From Patescibacteria group bacterium (lineage in GTDB: Bacteria > Patescibacteriota > Minisyncoccia > UBA6257 > 2-01-FULL-56-20): a stretch of 64,000 bases of DNA. Location of the stretch: positions 3,931 through 67,930 of the forward strand of contig JANLHI010000022.1 of assembly GCA_024654525.1 (NCBI GenBank), given 5' to 3'. The position numbers and the translations under genes were made by a program. Positions within the stretch are counted from its first letter, which is position 1, and each line of letters opens with the position of its first letter. Under the pieces are notes generated by a model. The model was not told where the DNA came from. It saw nothing but the letters and a program-made list of their open reading frames with translations, and did not search any database. Shown here piece after piece: positions 28,333-38,299 of this stretch.

Positions 28333-28431
28333 ACATCTCTCCCCGTGAAGGGCAGGTTCGCACGTTACCTGACGCAGGTACGTTGCGGGCGGATATCGGG
28401 CCAGTCCCTTGGCAATCCGCACTCTTGATGT
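28333..28431 (-). ncRNA. SAM-I (S-box) family riboswitch
   Basis: P1 ACATC/GATGT, ATCAAGAG, GGGACTGGCCCGAT, GCAAC...GTGC and a P4 hairpin match recalled SAM-I landmarks. Confidence 0.85.
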
Positions 28432-28449
28432 GTATTCGGTTGTAGATAT

Positions 28450-28477
28450 ACTATACTCTCCCCGAAACCGCTGTCAA
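28450..28477 (-). promoter_or_regulatory. sigma70-like promoter
   Basis: TTGACA-N16-TATAGT upstream of the riboswitch. Confidence 0.65.
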
Positions 28478-28565
28478 ACCCTCAAACACTTTATCATTTT
28501 CTCATAGGACAATTCCATAGAATTGTCCTATGAGAAAGCAAAACATATAATTACATCCCCCCTTC

Positions 28566-30179
28566 CTAATGCCCGAAAAATCCCCGTCCTTCTTTGTCGG
28601 GAATGAGATAGAGTGAAATTCCTTTTTGCTCGCAGAGTGCAATAGTTTCCTTATCGCGCACAGAGCCGCTTGTGGAAAATATCGCCCGCACTCCCGCATC
28701 AATCAGCACTCGTGGCGCATCGGGAAACGGAAAGAAACTGTCGCTATACGCAACCGCGCCGTTCGTGTCGTGTCCTCCGCGGCGCGCACGTTTGATCGCA
28801 AGCTCCGCCGCGCCCACCCTGTCCTGCTGTCCCACACCATCGCCGAGGAGCATTCCGTTTTTTACAATCGTGATTGTGTTGCTGTTTGAAGTAGAACCCA
28901 CTGCCCACGCAAACATCATATTGCGTTCCGCCACGACATCCGCCACAGGACCGTATTTTTTTATGGATTCGCTTTTCATATCCGGAACAAAAACATAATT
29001 TGGTTGCCGTAAAAATCCTCCACGCACATAACGAATTCTCGGATGTATATCGAGTAAACCGATTCCCACATGGGAAAGATTCTCGTTCGCCACAAAACGG
29101 CATTTGTCTTTTTTTCTGCGAAGAAGTTCAATCGCCGCCGCCTCGAACTCCGGCGCAACCACCGTATCGAGCAACCGCCGATTTCCCTCTTTCATGCCAA
29201 AATTTGCGAGTGTTTCCGCTTCCATAACACCCACAGGAAAATTCGTCATTACCACTCCTCCCATAATCGCGAGCGGATCTCCGGAAATCATATTTTCAAG
29301 AACTTTTTTAGAATCACTGCCATATGCCGCACCGCAAGGATTACCATGTTTTACCGCCACTGCTATTTTTGGCACTTCTCCAAAACCCTGTTCGAATCCC
29401 GCCACGATATGCGTCACGGTCTGGAGCAGACGATCCGTATCGCACCAATTGTTATAGCTCAACGGAGTTCCTTCTACGAGGGTGAAATTATCCAGTGAAA
29501 GCGGATCATTGGTATTATTCGTGTATAACGCCGCGGGTTTTTGCCACGCATTCTCGCCGTACAAACACTCTGCCGCGCGATGCCCGAGTACTCCCGCATA
29601 CGCACCGCCTCCGTGATACGACGCAGACATAAGGCAATACTGCGCGACCGTAAATTCCGCTTTCGCCGCCAACTCCCGCACAAGTCCTTCATCCTCATAC
29701 TTATTTTTTCTGAGCCATTCTATAACCTTCATCCGATCCGCAGGGTCGGAAACCACAATCCTCCCTCCCTTCGCCGCCGAACGAAGCATGGCAGGCCCGC
29801 CTATATCCGTCATCTCTACAATCGATTCTCGAGTAGCGTTCGGTTTTGCAATTTCTTCTTCAAGCGGATATAAGTCCACACACACAAGATCAATAAAAAT
29901 AATCCCACGCTTTTCGAGTTCTGCACGATCCTCCGGCATGTCGCGCGCAAGAAGTCCCGCATGTACTTCACGTGAAAGCGTTACTACGCGATGTCCCAAA
30001 ATCGGCTCTCCCACAAGGAACGCCGCATCACGCACTTTGATACCCGCATCCGTAAGATGCTTCGCCGTGCCACCCGATGCAAGAATATCCCACCCAAGCT
30101 TTTGAAGTTCCCCCGCAAACTCTGCAATACCTTCTTTGTGGTATACGGAAATGAGCGCGGTTTTTTTTCTTACGTCCAT
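28566..30179 (-). CDS. purH: AICAR transformylase/IMP cyclohydrolase
   Basis: ALISVY, DIGGPAMLRSAAK, YGEN, KHGNPCG, SDSFFPF. Confidence 0.92.
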   Translation of the reverse strand: MDVRKKTALISVYHKEGIAEFAGELQKLGWDILASGGTAKHLTDAGIKVRDAAFLVGEPILGHRVVTLSREVHAGLLARDMPEDRAELEKRGIIFIDLVCVDLYPLEEEIAKPNATRESIVEMTDIGGPAMLRSAAKGGRIVVSDPADRMKVIEWLRKNKYEDEGLVRELAAKAEFTVAQYCLMSASYHGGGAYAGVLGHRAAECLYGENAWQKPAALYTNNTNDPLSLDNFTLVEGTPLSYNNWCDTDRLLQTVTHIVAGFEQGFGEVPKIAVAVKHGNPCGAAYGSDSKKVLENMISGDPLAIMGGVVMTNFPVGVMEAETLANFGMKEGNRRLLDTVVAPEFEAAAIELLRRKKDKCRFVANENLSHVGIGLLDIHPRIRYVRGGFLRQPNYVFVPDMKSESIKKYGPVADVVAERNMMFAWAVGSTSNSNTITIVKNGMLLGDGVGQQDRVGAAELAIKRARRGGHDTNGAVAYSDSFFPFPDAPRVLIDAGVRAIFSTSGSVRDKETIALCEQKGISLYLIPDKEGRGFFGH

Positions 30180-30192
30180 AGTAAATAATGTT

Positions 30193-31587
30193 TTAACCTT
30201 TAAACTTCGCAAGTTTTGCCGCAAGCCCGATGTATGTTTTCGGTATAAATTTCTTCAACTCTTTTTTCAACTTCTGAGAAATATCGAGTTCATCGATAAA
30301 TCCGCGGATATCGTTAATCGTCACTTCCTTCCCGCGCGCAAGAGTTTTAAGTCTCTCATATGGCATCGGCACATTCTCGCGCCGCAAAATTGTCTGAATT
30401 GCTTCGGTGATGACTTCCGGATGACGCTCTAGTTCCGCAACGGCTTTTTCTTTGTGTACTGCGATGCGTCCAAGCTGATTAATAAGATATGCGAAGCCGA
30501 TGAGTGAATGACCAAACGCCACGCCAATAGTACGCATCACGGTGGAATCGGAAAGATCGCGTTGCAAACGGGAAATAGGAAGTTTCTGAGAAAAAAATCC
30601 AAGCATTGCATTCGCCATTCCAAAGTTCCCCTCGCTATTCTCCAAAAACCAGGGGTTTATTTTGTGGGGCATTGTGGAAGAACCCACCTCTCCCTCAACA
30701 GATTTTTGCGCAATCCATCCATCGCTTATATATCGCCACACATCCTGATTAAATCCTATGAGAATTGAATGAATCCTCTGCATATTCTGAAAAAGTTCTA
30801 CAAAACTGTCACGTGACTCAATTTGAGTAGTAAAAATGTTGGCTTCGATTTTTACCTTTCTTGTGTTCTTTAATGTTGCAATGAATTTCTTCGAAAACGT
30901 GATCCAATCTTTTTTTGGGTACGCCGCCACAAGCGCATTATAGTTCCCTGTCGCCCCATTGAGTTTTGCAAAAAGCGTATGATTCTTGATTTGTGCAAGT
31001 TGCTGCCGAAGCCTCATTTCGAACACTTTGAATTCTTTTCCAAACGTAGTGGGTGACGCCGGCTGCCCGTGCGTTCGAGCAAGCATGGGAACACTTGCAT
31101 TTCCTTTCGCAAAAGCTCCGATTTTTGCAATTACTGCTTCTACCGCAGGAATATATACCTCTTGAACACTTTCTCCAATCATAAGCGCATATGCAATATC
31201 CGATGCATCATATGAAGTAAGTCCGAAATGCACCCATTCTGCGCAATCTTTGAGCGACGTCTTCTGAAGTTTGTCCTTGATGAAATATTCAATCGCTTTG
31301 AAATCATGATTTGTGGGTTTGATTTTTTTATATCCCACAAACTCAATATCCTTGATAATCTTTGCATCCGCTTCTGTGAAATCATAAAGGCTCCGTATAA
31401 CCTTCTTCTCTTTTTTAGAAAACGCACGAAGCTTTGTAGCACGGGATTCGCTCAAAGCAATAAGGTATTCGCCTTCCATAATAATTTTATATTTCATGGA
31501 CGCGGCTTCACTGAAATACGCCGCAAGCGGTTCCGTATATTTTCTATAACGCCCATCAATCGGGCTGATTGCGTCAAGAGGATCCAT
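30193..31587 (-). CDS. purB: adenylosuccinate lyase
   Basis: SPIDGRY and GSSTMPHKINP. Confidence 0.95.
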   Translation of the reverse strand: MDPLDAISPIDGRYRKYTEPLAAYFSEAASMKYKIIMEGEYLIALSESRATKLRAFSKKEKKVIRSLYDFTEADAKIIKDIEFVGYKKIKPTNHDFKAIEYFIKDKLQKTSLKDCAEWVHFGLTSYDASDIAYALMIGESVQEVYIPAVEAVIAKIGAFAKGNASVPMLARTHGQPASPTTFGKEFKVFEMRLRQQLAQIKNHTLFAKLNGATGNYNALVAAYPKKDWITFSKKFIATLKNTRKVKIEANIFTTQIESRDSFVELFQNMQRIHSILIGFNQDVWRYISDGWIAQKSVEGEVGSSTMPHKINPWFLENSEGNFGMANAMLGFFSQKLPISRLQRDLSDSTVMRTIGVAFGHSLIGFAYLINQLGRIAVHKEKAVAELERHPEVITEAIQTILRRENVPMPYERLKTLARGKEVTINDIRGFIDELDISQKLKKELKKFIPKTYIGLAAKLAKFKG

Positions 31588-31632
31588 TGTTGTAAGTTGC
31601 AGGTTATTTTTTATTGGTCATAGGTCAGTTTT

Positions 31633-33177
31633 CTACATATACCGTATTGTCCCCGGCGGTTTTTGCGTGATGTCATAAAGCACGCGTGTCACACCTTGAA
31701 CCTCATTTACAATACGATTTGCCACATGTCCCAAAAATTCCGGCGTGAAGGGATACCAGTCCGCAGTCATAAAATCAGTTGTGGTGATTGCGCGGAGAAG
31801 AATCATATAGCCATACTCCCGCTCATCCCCCTTCACCCCCACTGCGCGGCTTGTGTCGAGCGCCGCAAACGCCTCAGTCACTTTTCGATACAAATTCGCA
31901 GATTGTATCTCTTCTATGAAAATTTTGTCTGCGTCTCGGAGAATTTGAAGCCGTTCATCCGTGACTTCTCCCAAAATGCCAATAGCGAGTCCCGGTCCGG
32001 GAAACGGATGACGCCACACAATATCTTTCGGAACGCCAAGTTCTTTTCCGATTGCACGGACTTCATCTTTAAAAAGTTCTTTAAATGGCTCAATCACGCG
32101 ATTTTCTTTAATAAGTGCAAGTACTTCCGGCACACGGTTGTGATGTGTTTTTATCGTATCAGACGGACCACGCACGCTTACGCTCTCGATCACATCAGGA
32201 TACAGCGTCCCCTGACTTAACATATCCTTGGGAGACACATTGCGCATCAAGAAATCAATAAACTTTTTACCTATTATTTTTCTTTTCGTTTCAGGGTCAA
32301 CCACCCCATACAATGCCTTTATAAAATCCCGCGATGCATCGATACACGTTACACGAAGCCCAAGGTCTTTTAGATTTACACGTACCTGCGCTGCTTCGTC
32401 TCGACGGAGAAATCCATTGTCGATAAAAATATTTTTAGTCTGGCGCGCCGGAAGCGCTTTCTTTAAAAGCACGGCAAGCACCGTCGAATCCACGCCCCCG
32501 GAAATCGCATGCACCACTGATCGCGCTCCCACCGTTGCACGAATATCTCGAATGGTGTTGGTAATAAAATGTTTTGTCGTCCATTGCGCACGCGCACCAC
32601 AAATACTTTTCGAAAAATTCTCCAAAATCTTTGTACCATATTCGGTGTGCCACACTTCGGGATGAAATTGTACGCCATATATGCCGCGCGCGGTATCCGC
32701 AATCGCCGCAAAAGGAGAATGTGCGGACGATGCAAGTATCGAAAATCCTTTAGGAATTTTCTGTGCCGCATCACCATGACTCATCCATACTGTTTGTTTT
32801 GCGGGAGTTCCCTCAAACAATCCTCCGCGCCAACTTTTCATTGAAAGCAATGCTTTTCCGTATTCCCGATGCATCCCTCGCTCCACACTACCACCACGCA
32901 TATGCACAATCGATTGCAATCCATAACAAATTCCCAATATGGGTTTCCCTATATTTAAAATATCCCCGCTGATATGGGGAGCATTTTTTGCATATACGCT
33001 TGCGGGACCTCCTGAAAAAATAAACCCCTTTACCGACTCTCCGGTAAACTGGGATATATCCGCATGATACGGGACAATCTCCGCATGTACGTGCTTTGCG
33101 CGAATACGCCGTGCGATAAGTTGCGTTACTTGAGATCCAAAATCAAAGATAATAATGGTGTCGAGCGGTCGAGTCAT
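31633..33177 (-). CDS. guaA: GMP synthase
   Basis: DFGSQ, GICYG, QFHPE, SGGVDS, KPPGTI. Confidence 0.95.
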   Translation of the reverse strand: MTRPLDTIIIFDFGSQVTQLIARRIRAKHVHAEIVPYHADISQFTGESVKGFIFSGGPASVYAKNAPHISGDILNIGKPILGICYGLQSIVHMRGGSVERGMHREYGKALLSMKSWRGGLFEGTPAKQTVWMSHGDAAQKIPKGFSILASSAHSPFAAIADTARGIYGVQFHPEVWHTEYGTKILENFSKSICGARAQWTTKHFITNTIRDIRATVGARSVVHAISGGVDSTVLAVLLKKALPARQTKNIFIDNGFLRRDEAAQVRVNLKDLGLRVTCIDASRDFIKALYGVVDPETKRKIIGKKFIDFLMRNVSPKDMLSQGTLYPDVIESVSVRGPSDTIKTHHNRVPEVLALIKENRVIEPFKELFKDEVRAIGKELGVPKDIVWRHPFPGPGLAIGILGEVTDERLQILRDADKIFIEEIQSANLYRKVTEAFAALDTSRAVGVKGDEREYGYMILLRAITTTDFMTADWYPFTPEFLGHVANRIVNEVQGVTRVLYDITQKPPGTIRYM

Positions 33178-33203
33178 TGAAAAACTTTGAGTAGTATTAT
33201 TTC

Positions 33204-34670
33204 CTACACCCAATAATTAGGCGATTGTTCGGTAATGGAAACATTGTGAGGATGGCTCTCCGTTACTCCCGCGGAAGTCACCTGAACAAACCGGGCTTTC
33301 TCCCTGAATTCTTCGATATTTTTTGCACCACAATATCCCATTGCGGCACGCAACCCTCCCGCGATTTGATGTGCGGCTTCACGAAGGTATCCGCGATATG
33401 AAACTCTTCCCTCTATACCTTCCGGTATTAATTTGGAAATCTCTTCTTCGGGATCTTGGAAATAACGGTCGCGTGTCCCTTCGGACATCGCACCGAGAGA
33501 ACCCATACCGCGATATGATTTGTATTTTCTTCCCTCGTACAACACCGTTTTTCCCGGAGATTCTTCGAGTCCCGCGAGCATATTACCAAGCATCACGCTA
33601 TGTGCACCCGCACCGATGGCTTTTGCAATATCACCGGTAAATCGTATTCCTCCGTCTGCAATTACCGGAATACCATGCTTCTCACATACCTCCACGCATT
33701 GCATCACCGCAGTAAGTTGAGGCACTCCAACTCCCGCCACCACGCGCGTGGTGCATATCGAGCCCGGTCCCACTCCTACTTTAACCGCATTTACTCCCGC
33801 CTTAATTGAGGCCTCTGCCGCTTCCGGGGTTACAAGGTTCCCACTGATAATTTGCAAATCAGGAAATGCGTTTCTTACTTCGCGAACCCTATCAAGCACC
33901 TTTTGCGAATGTCCGTGCGCGGTATCCGTTACAATCACATCCACTCCTTTTTTTACAAGCGCCTCAACTCTTGAAAGCGTGTCTGCGGAAATCCCCACCG
34001 CGGCGCCCACGCGCAATCTTCCTTGTTCATCTTTACACGCATTTGGGAAACTCTTCCTTTTTTCTATATCTCTAAACGTCGCGAGTCCCTTGAGTGCAAA
34101 GTTTTCATCCACAATAAGCAACTTCTCTATTTTATTATGTTGGAGGATTTCTTGCGCCTTCTCAAGACTTGTACCCAAAGGTGCCGTTATCAAATTTTCC
34201 TTCGTCATCACTTCAGAAAGTTTCGTGGTAGGGCTCGAAGTAAGACGTAAGTCGCGGTTTGTGACGATTCCTAAAAGTTTCATGTTATCCCCCACGATCG
34301 GAATCCCGCTTATCCGATATTTTTTAGTGAGCTCAACTGCATCTTTCACTGTGTTTTCAGGGCGAAGCGTAAATGGCTCAAGAATAATTCCGGACTCTGA
34401 ACGCTTCACACTGTCTACCATTTCCTCCTGTCTTTCGATTGAGAGATTTTTATGGAGAATGCCAATTCCTCCTTCGCGCGCGAGCGCAATCGCCATCTCC
34501 GACTCGGTAATCGTATCCATCGCGGCGCTTATCGCCGGAAGATTAAGCGTAATGCGTTCGGTAAGCTTTGTCGTAAGATCTACATCACGGGGGGATACTT
34601 CCGAATGCCCGGGAACAAGGAGTACGTCGTCGTAGGTAAGTGCGGTTCCAATAATTTTTTTATTATTCAT
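33204..34670 (-). CDS. guaB: IMP dehydrogenase
   Basis: GPGSICTT, a CBS pair, YRGMGS. Confidence 0.95.
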   Translation of the reverse strand: MNNKKIIGTALTYDDVLLVPGHSEVSPRDVDLTTKLTERITLNLPAISAAMDTITESEMAIALAREGGIGILHKNLSIERQEEMVDSVKRSESGIILEPFTLRPENTVKDAVELTKKYRISGIPIVGDNMKLLGIVTNRDLRLTSSPTTKLSEVMTKENLITAPLGTSLEKAQEILQHNKIEKLLIVDENFALKGLATFRDIEKRKSFPNACKDEQGRLRVGAAVGISADTLSRVEALVKKGVDVIVTDTAHGHSQKVLDRVREVRNAFPDLQIISGNLVTPEAAEASIKAGVNAVKVGVGPGSICTTRVVAGVGVPQLTAVMQCVEVCEKHGIPVIADGGIRFTGDIAKAIGAGAHSVMLGNMLAGLEESPGKTVLYEGRKYKSYRGMGSLGAMSEGTRDRYFQDPEEEISKLIPEGIEGRVSYRGYLREAAHQIAGGLRAAMGYCGAKNIEEFREKARFVQVTSAGVTESHPHNVSITEQSPNYWV

Positions 34671-34691
34671 GGGTAGTTATTCTTTCTCGCA

Positions 34692-35672
34692 TTACGATAA
34701 TGAAACGCTTCTTGAATATTTTTTGAGATTGTTGCGTATTCTCTCTTTAATAGGCAAGGAAAAATCAACCGCACACGTTGCGCCGGTAAGTTGTTCGTAA
34801 ATCCTCATATACCGATGCGCAAGTTCCACCACCTTGTCTTTTGGAGCTTCGGGCAATGTGTTGTCGCCATATGGATCCGAATTCTCCTTAAACCATAAAC
34901 GAAGAAACTCTTTATCGAAATACTCGGGCTCTTCCCCTTTTGAAAATCGCTCATCATAGCTCCCTAATTGCCAATACCGCGAAGAATCGGGGGTGTGGAT
35001 TTCATCAATAAGTGTCACCTGTCCTCTTTCATCAACCCCAAATTCATACTTTGTATCCACAAGAATCAATCCGCGCTCACGAGAAACCTCGGTACCATGA
35101 ATAAAAAGCGCAAGTGCCGCCCGCTCGATTTCCCTCCAACGATCTTCCGGCACGATACCGCGCTCTATAATTTGTTGCGGTGTTATCGCCTCGTCATGCA
35201 CATCGGATTTTATAGTCGGCGTAATAACCGGAGCATCAAGCTTTTGATTCTTCTTTAACCCTTCGGGAAGCGTGAAACTGCCAAAATCACGTTCACCCGC
35301 TTGGTACTTCGTCCATAACGATGTACTCGTGACACCGGTAATATATCCGCGTACCACGACTTCAATCGGCACCACTTCATATTTTCTTACTACAATAACG
35401 TTCGGGTCCGGCGTGTCTATCATATGATTCGCGATAATGCCTTTTGTTTTCTCAAACCAAAAAGAGGCGATCGCTACGAGCGATTGCCCCTTGAACGGTA
35501 TGAGCGCAAGATTTCTATCAAACGCGGAATACCGATCGGTGGTAATAATAATCAATGTATCCCCCTGATCATAAATATCGCGTACCTTACCCGCACGTCG
35601 CACACCAAGTTCTGAAAAATCCGTACTCTCAATCACATAGTCCGCATGCGCGGTGATTGTATCGTAGTCCAT
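34692..35672 (-). CDS. purC: SAICAR synthetase
   Basis: GKVRDIY, DTKYEFG, DEIHTPDSSR. Confidence 0.95.
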   Translation of the reverse strand: MDYDTITAHADYVIESTDFSELGVRRAGKVRDIYDQGDTLIIITTDRYSAFDRNLALIPFKGQSLVAIASFWFEKTKGIIANHMIDTPDPNVIVVRKYEVVPIEVVVRGYITGVTSTSLWTKYQAGERDFGSFTLPEGLKKNQKLDAPVITPTIKSDVHDEAITPQQIIERGIVPEDRWREIERAALALFIHGTEVSRERGLILVDTKYEFGVDERGQVTLIDEIHTPDSSRYWQLGSYDERFSKGEEPEYFDKEFLRLWFKENSDPYGDNTLPEAPKDKVVELAHRYMRIYEQLTGATCAVDFSLPIKERIRNNLKKYSRSVSLS

Positions 35673-35724
35673 GCCTTATTATACACCCTTCTCATTACTG
35701 TCAAACATAGAGTATTATTACTGT

Positions 35725-36720
35725 ATGAACATCCAAAAACTTGAAGCCACTGCACGGCAAATGGTAGCGCCGGGAAAAGGCATTCTCGCGACCGACGAAA
35801 GCTCAAAAACGGCAAACAAACGACTTGCCATGCGAAACATTCCGCAAACGGAAGACATGCGCCGCGCATGGCGGGAAATACTCTTTACTGCGCCGGGCAT
35901 CGAAAATAACTCAAGCGGCGTCATTCTTCTTGATGAAACTATCCGCCAAAACACGAAAGACGGGATACCATTCCGTGAGCTCCTCTCAAAACGCGGTATC
36001 ATCCCGGGTATTAAAGTAGACAAAGGATTAGCAAACCTCCCTAACTTCCCCGGAGAAAAAATTACCGAAGGATTGGATGGTCTGTCCGCACGCCTCGAAG
36101 AATATGCAACGCTCGGAGCACAATTCTCCAAGTGGCGTTCAGTCATAAGTATCGGACAAGGACTCCCCACTACCCCTTGTCTTGAGGCGAATGCATTTAT
36201 CCTCGCACAATACGCCGCGCGTTCGCAATCCGCGGGACTTGTTCCCATCATCGAACCAGAAGTGTTGATTGAGGGCACGCACACGCTTATACAATCCGAA
36301 GTGACTATACGTCACGCACTCGAAATTGTATTCTCGGCAATCGCAAAATATCGCATATATCTCCCGGGACTTATTCTCAAAACCAGCATGGCGCTCCCCG
36401 GTAAACAATCCGGTATCAAATCCACACCCGTGGAAGTCGCGGAATCCACACTTCGCGCGCTCACCACCACAGTTCCAAAAGAAATTGCGGGAGTGGTGTT
36501 TCTCTCCGGGGGCCAAACACCGCAGGAAGCAACAGAAAATCTGAATGCAATGGCAAATATACCCCACCCGTGGCCGCTCACTTTCTCCTACTCGCGCGCG
36601 TTCCAAGATCCGGCAATGGATATTTGGATGGGACAAGACGCAAATATACAAAAAGCACAAGAAACTTTCGCCGTACGCGTGAGCGAAACCGCACTTGCCT
36701 CCGAGGGAAAATATAAATAG
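35725..36720 (+). CDS. class I fructose-bisphosphate aldolase
   Basis: KGILATDES, GIKVDKG, VPIIEPEV, FLSGGQ, FSYSRA. Confidence 0.92.
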   Translation: MNIQKLEATARQMVAPGKGILATDESSKTANKRLAMRNIPQTEDMRRAWREILFTAPGIENNSSGVILLDETIRQNTKDGIPFRELLSKRGIIPGIKVDKGLANLPNFPGEKITEGLDGLSARLEEYATLGAQFSKWRSVISIGQGLPTTPCLEANAFILAQYAARSQSAGLVPIIEPEVLIEGTHTLIQSEVTIRHALEIVFSAIAKYRIYLPGLILKTSMALPGKQSGIKSTPVEVAESTLRALTTTVPKEIAGVVFLSGGQTPQEATENLNAMANIPHPWPLTFSYSRAFQDPAMDIWMGQDANIQKAQETFAVRVSETALASEGKYK

Positions 36721-36728
36721 CCAAAGCT

Positions 36729-37493
36729 ATGATTGATGTTGCAATCGAAGCCGCAAAAAAAGGCGGTGAAGTACTCCTTCGTTACTTCGAAACCGAACTG
36801 GCGCATGAAGTGAAAGACGATGCAACATTTGTAACCAAAGCGGACTGCGAATCGGAAGCGGCAATTCTCGGAATTCTTCAACCCCGCTTTCCCGACCACT
36901 CTTTTCTCGCGGAAGAAACCGGGGAATCCAAAAAAGATTCTCCGTATAAGTGGATAATCGACCCCTTGGACGGTACCGCAAATTTTATTAACGGCTTGCC
37001 CCTGTGGGCAATCTCCATTGCACTCTTAAAAAACAACGAAGTAATCGGTGCGGTAGTATATAACCCTCTTATCAACTTTCTTGTTCATGCGGAACGCGGA
37101 AATGGATTGTGGTGCAACGGCATGCACACGCATGTCTCATCTCAAAATAAGGATACCGCGATGATAAGCGCGGGAGTGGGAAAGGAAAAAGGCACCAAAG
37201 AAAAACTTTCCGCGCTGTTACGCGAGGCCCCCAAGCACATAAAAACATATCGCTATATCGGCACTGCGGCGCTTGAGCTTGCAACGCTTGCCCGGGGAGG
37301 AACCGAGGGATATATCAGTTTGGGAAACTCACCCTGGGATTATGCGGCGGGAACACTACTCGTGCAGGAAGGCGGCGGCACCATTACCGATTTTCACGGA
37401 AATCCGTGGAGCTTTGAAGAGAATTATTTTGTAGCCTCAAACGGTACAACTCACCACGATATTCTGGAACTGATAAAGTCAGCGGGAATGTAA
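36729..37493 (+). CDS. inositol monophosphatase family protein
   Basis: WIIDPLDGTANF and WDYAAG. Confidence 0.9.
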   Translation: MIDVAIEAAKKGGEVLLRYFETELAHEVKDDATFVTKADCESEAAILGILQPRFPDHSFLAEETGESKKDSPYKWIIDPLDGTANFINGLPLWAISIALLKNNEVIGAVVYNPLINFLVHAERGNGLWCNGMHTHVSSQNKDTAMISAGVGKEKGTKEKLSALLREAPKHIKTYRYIGTAALELATLARGGTEGYISLGNSPWDYAAGTLLVQEGGGTITDFHGNPWSFEENYFVASNGTTHHDILELIKSAGM

Positions 37494-37505
37494 CCGCCTA
37501 CCCCT

Positions 37506-38237
37506 TTAATCCATAAACTTATATTCCATTCTCGGCTCCTCTGGCGCATCGTAGAGAGGAATAATTTCGATTTCTCCTTTTGCTTGCATACGAATCACAT
37601 CAATTACTTTTCCGAAAAGACGGAAGTTTTTATTTACAATAATAGGCTTGTATTTCGGATCGGAAGACACGGGCGAAAGAATCACTGCATTGTTCGCAAT
37701 CTCAAGTTTTTTGATTACTGCGAATCCATCGATGATAGCAACCACTAAATCTCCCGCCTCCGCAATCTCCGTCACCTCCACAAGTACATAGTCTTTTTCT
37801 TTAATACCCGCATCACACATCGAATCTCCGATGGCTTTTACGCATACCACATTATCCACTTTCTTACCTTGGAGAAGCTCTGTCGCGACACATACATAAT
37901 CATCAAAATTCCGTTCTGCGAAAATACTCATTTGATCACATCCGGCGGACGCAATTACGGGAATTTGTATTGTCATGGGTTCATCTTTCTTGGGCATCAC
38001 AAGCCGGATTCCTCGCCTTACATACCGACTCCGCTCGATAAGTCCTTTTTGTTGAAGCGCTTCCAAATATTGCGTTACTGCACGTGGCGAAGAGAACTTC
38101 ATGAGCGTTACGAGTTCCGTGACCGTAGGCGATTCTCCTTTTTTCTCCATAAGCTTTCGCAACGATTCGTAAAAACGTCCTTGTTTCGCGGTAAGTTGAA
38201 TAATTTTGTTATTCAACGGTTTTTTGTTGATAGTCAT
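37506..38237 (-). CDS. lexA: LexA repressor
   Basis: wHTH (PTVTEL), AG cleavage site, GDSM serine, IKK lysine. Confidence 0.88.
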   Translation of the reverse strand: MTINKKPLNNKIIQLTAKQGRFYESLRKLMEKKGESPTVTELVTLMKFSSPRAVTQYLEALQQKGLIERSRYVRRGIRLVMPKKDEPMTIQIPVIASAGCDQMSIFAERNFDDYVCVATELLQGKKVDNVVCVKAIGDSMCDAGIKEKDYVLVEVTEIAEAGDLVVAIIDGFAVIKKLEIANNAVILSPVSSDPKYKPIIVNKNFRLFGKVIDVIRMQAKGEIEIIPLYDAPEEPRMEYKFMD

Positions 38238-38279
38238 AATGTATATATTATAACTGTCTATAGTATATACAATATATAC

Positions 38280-38288
38280 TTATCCACA
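38280..38288 (+). promoter_or_regulatory. DnaA box upstream of lexA
   Basis: Perfect TTATCCACA; single copy noticed. Confidence 0.4.
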
Positions 38289-38299
38289 GGGTATAGAGA

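Noticed and set aside
33748-34635. Long antisense ORFs (opposite guaB; also opposite metK, purN, purL and others)
   Set aside because: They are shadow frames of well-supported genes and carry no recognisable motifs.
38280-38288. Replication origin
   Set aside because: Only a single DnaA box was noticed, with no cluster and no dnaA nearby.
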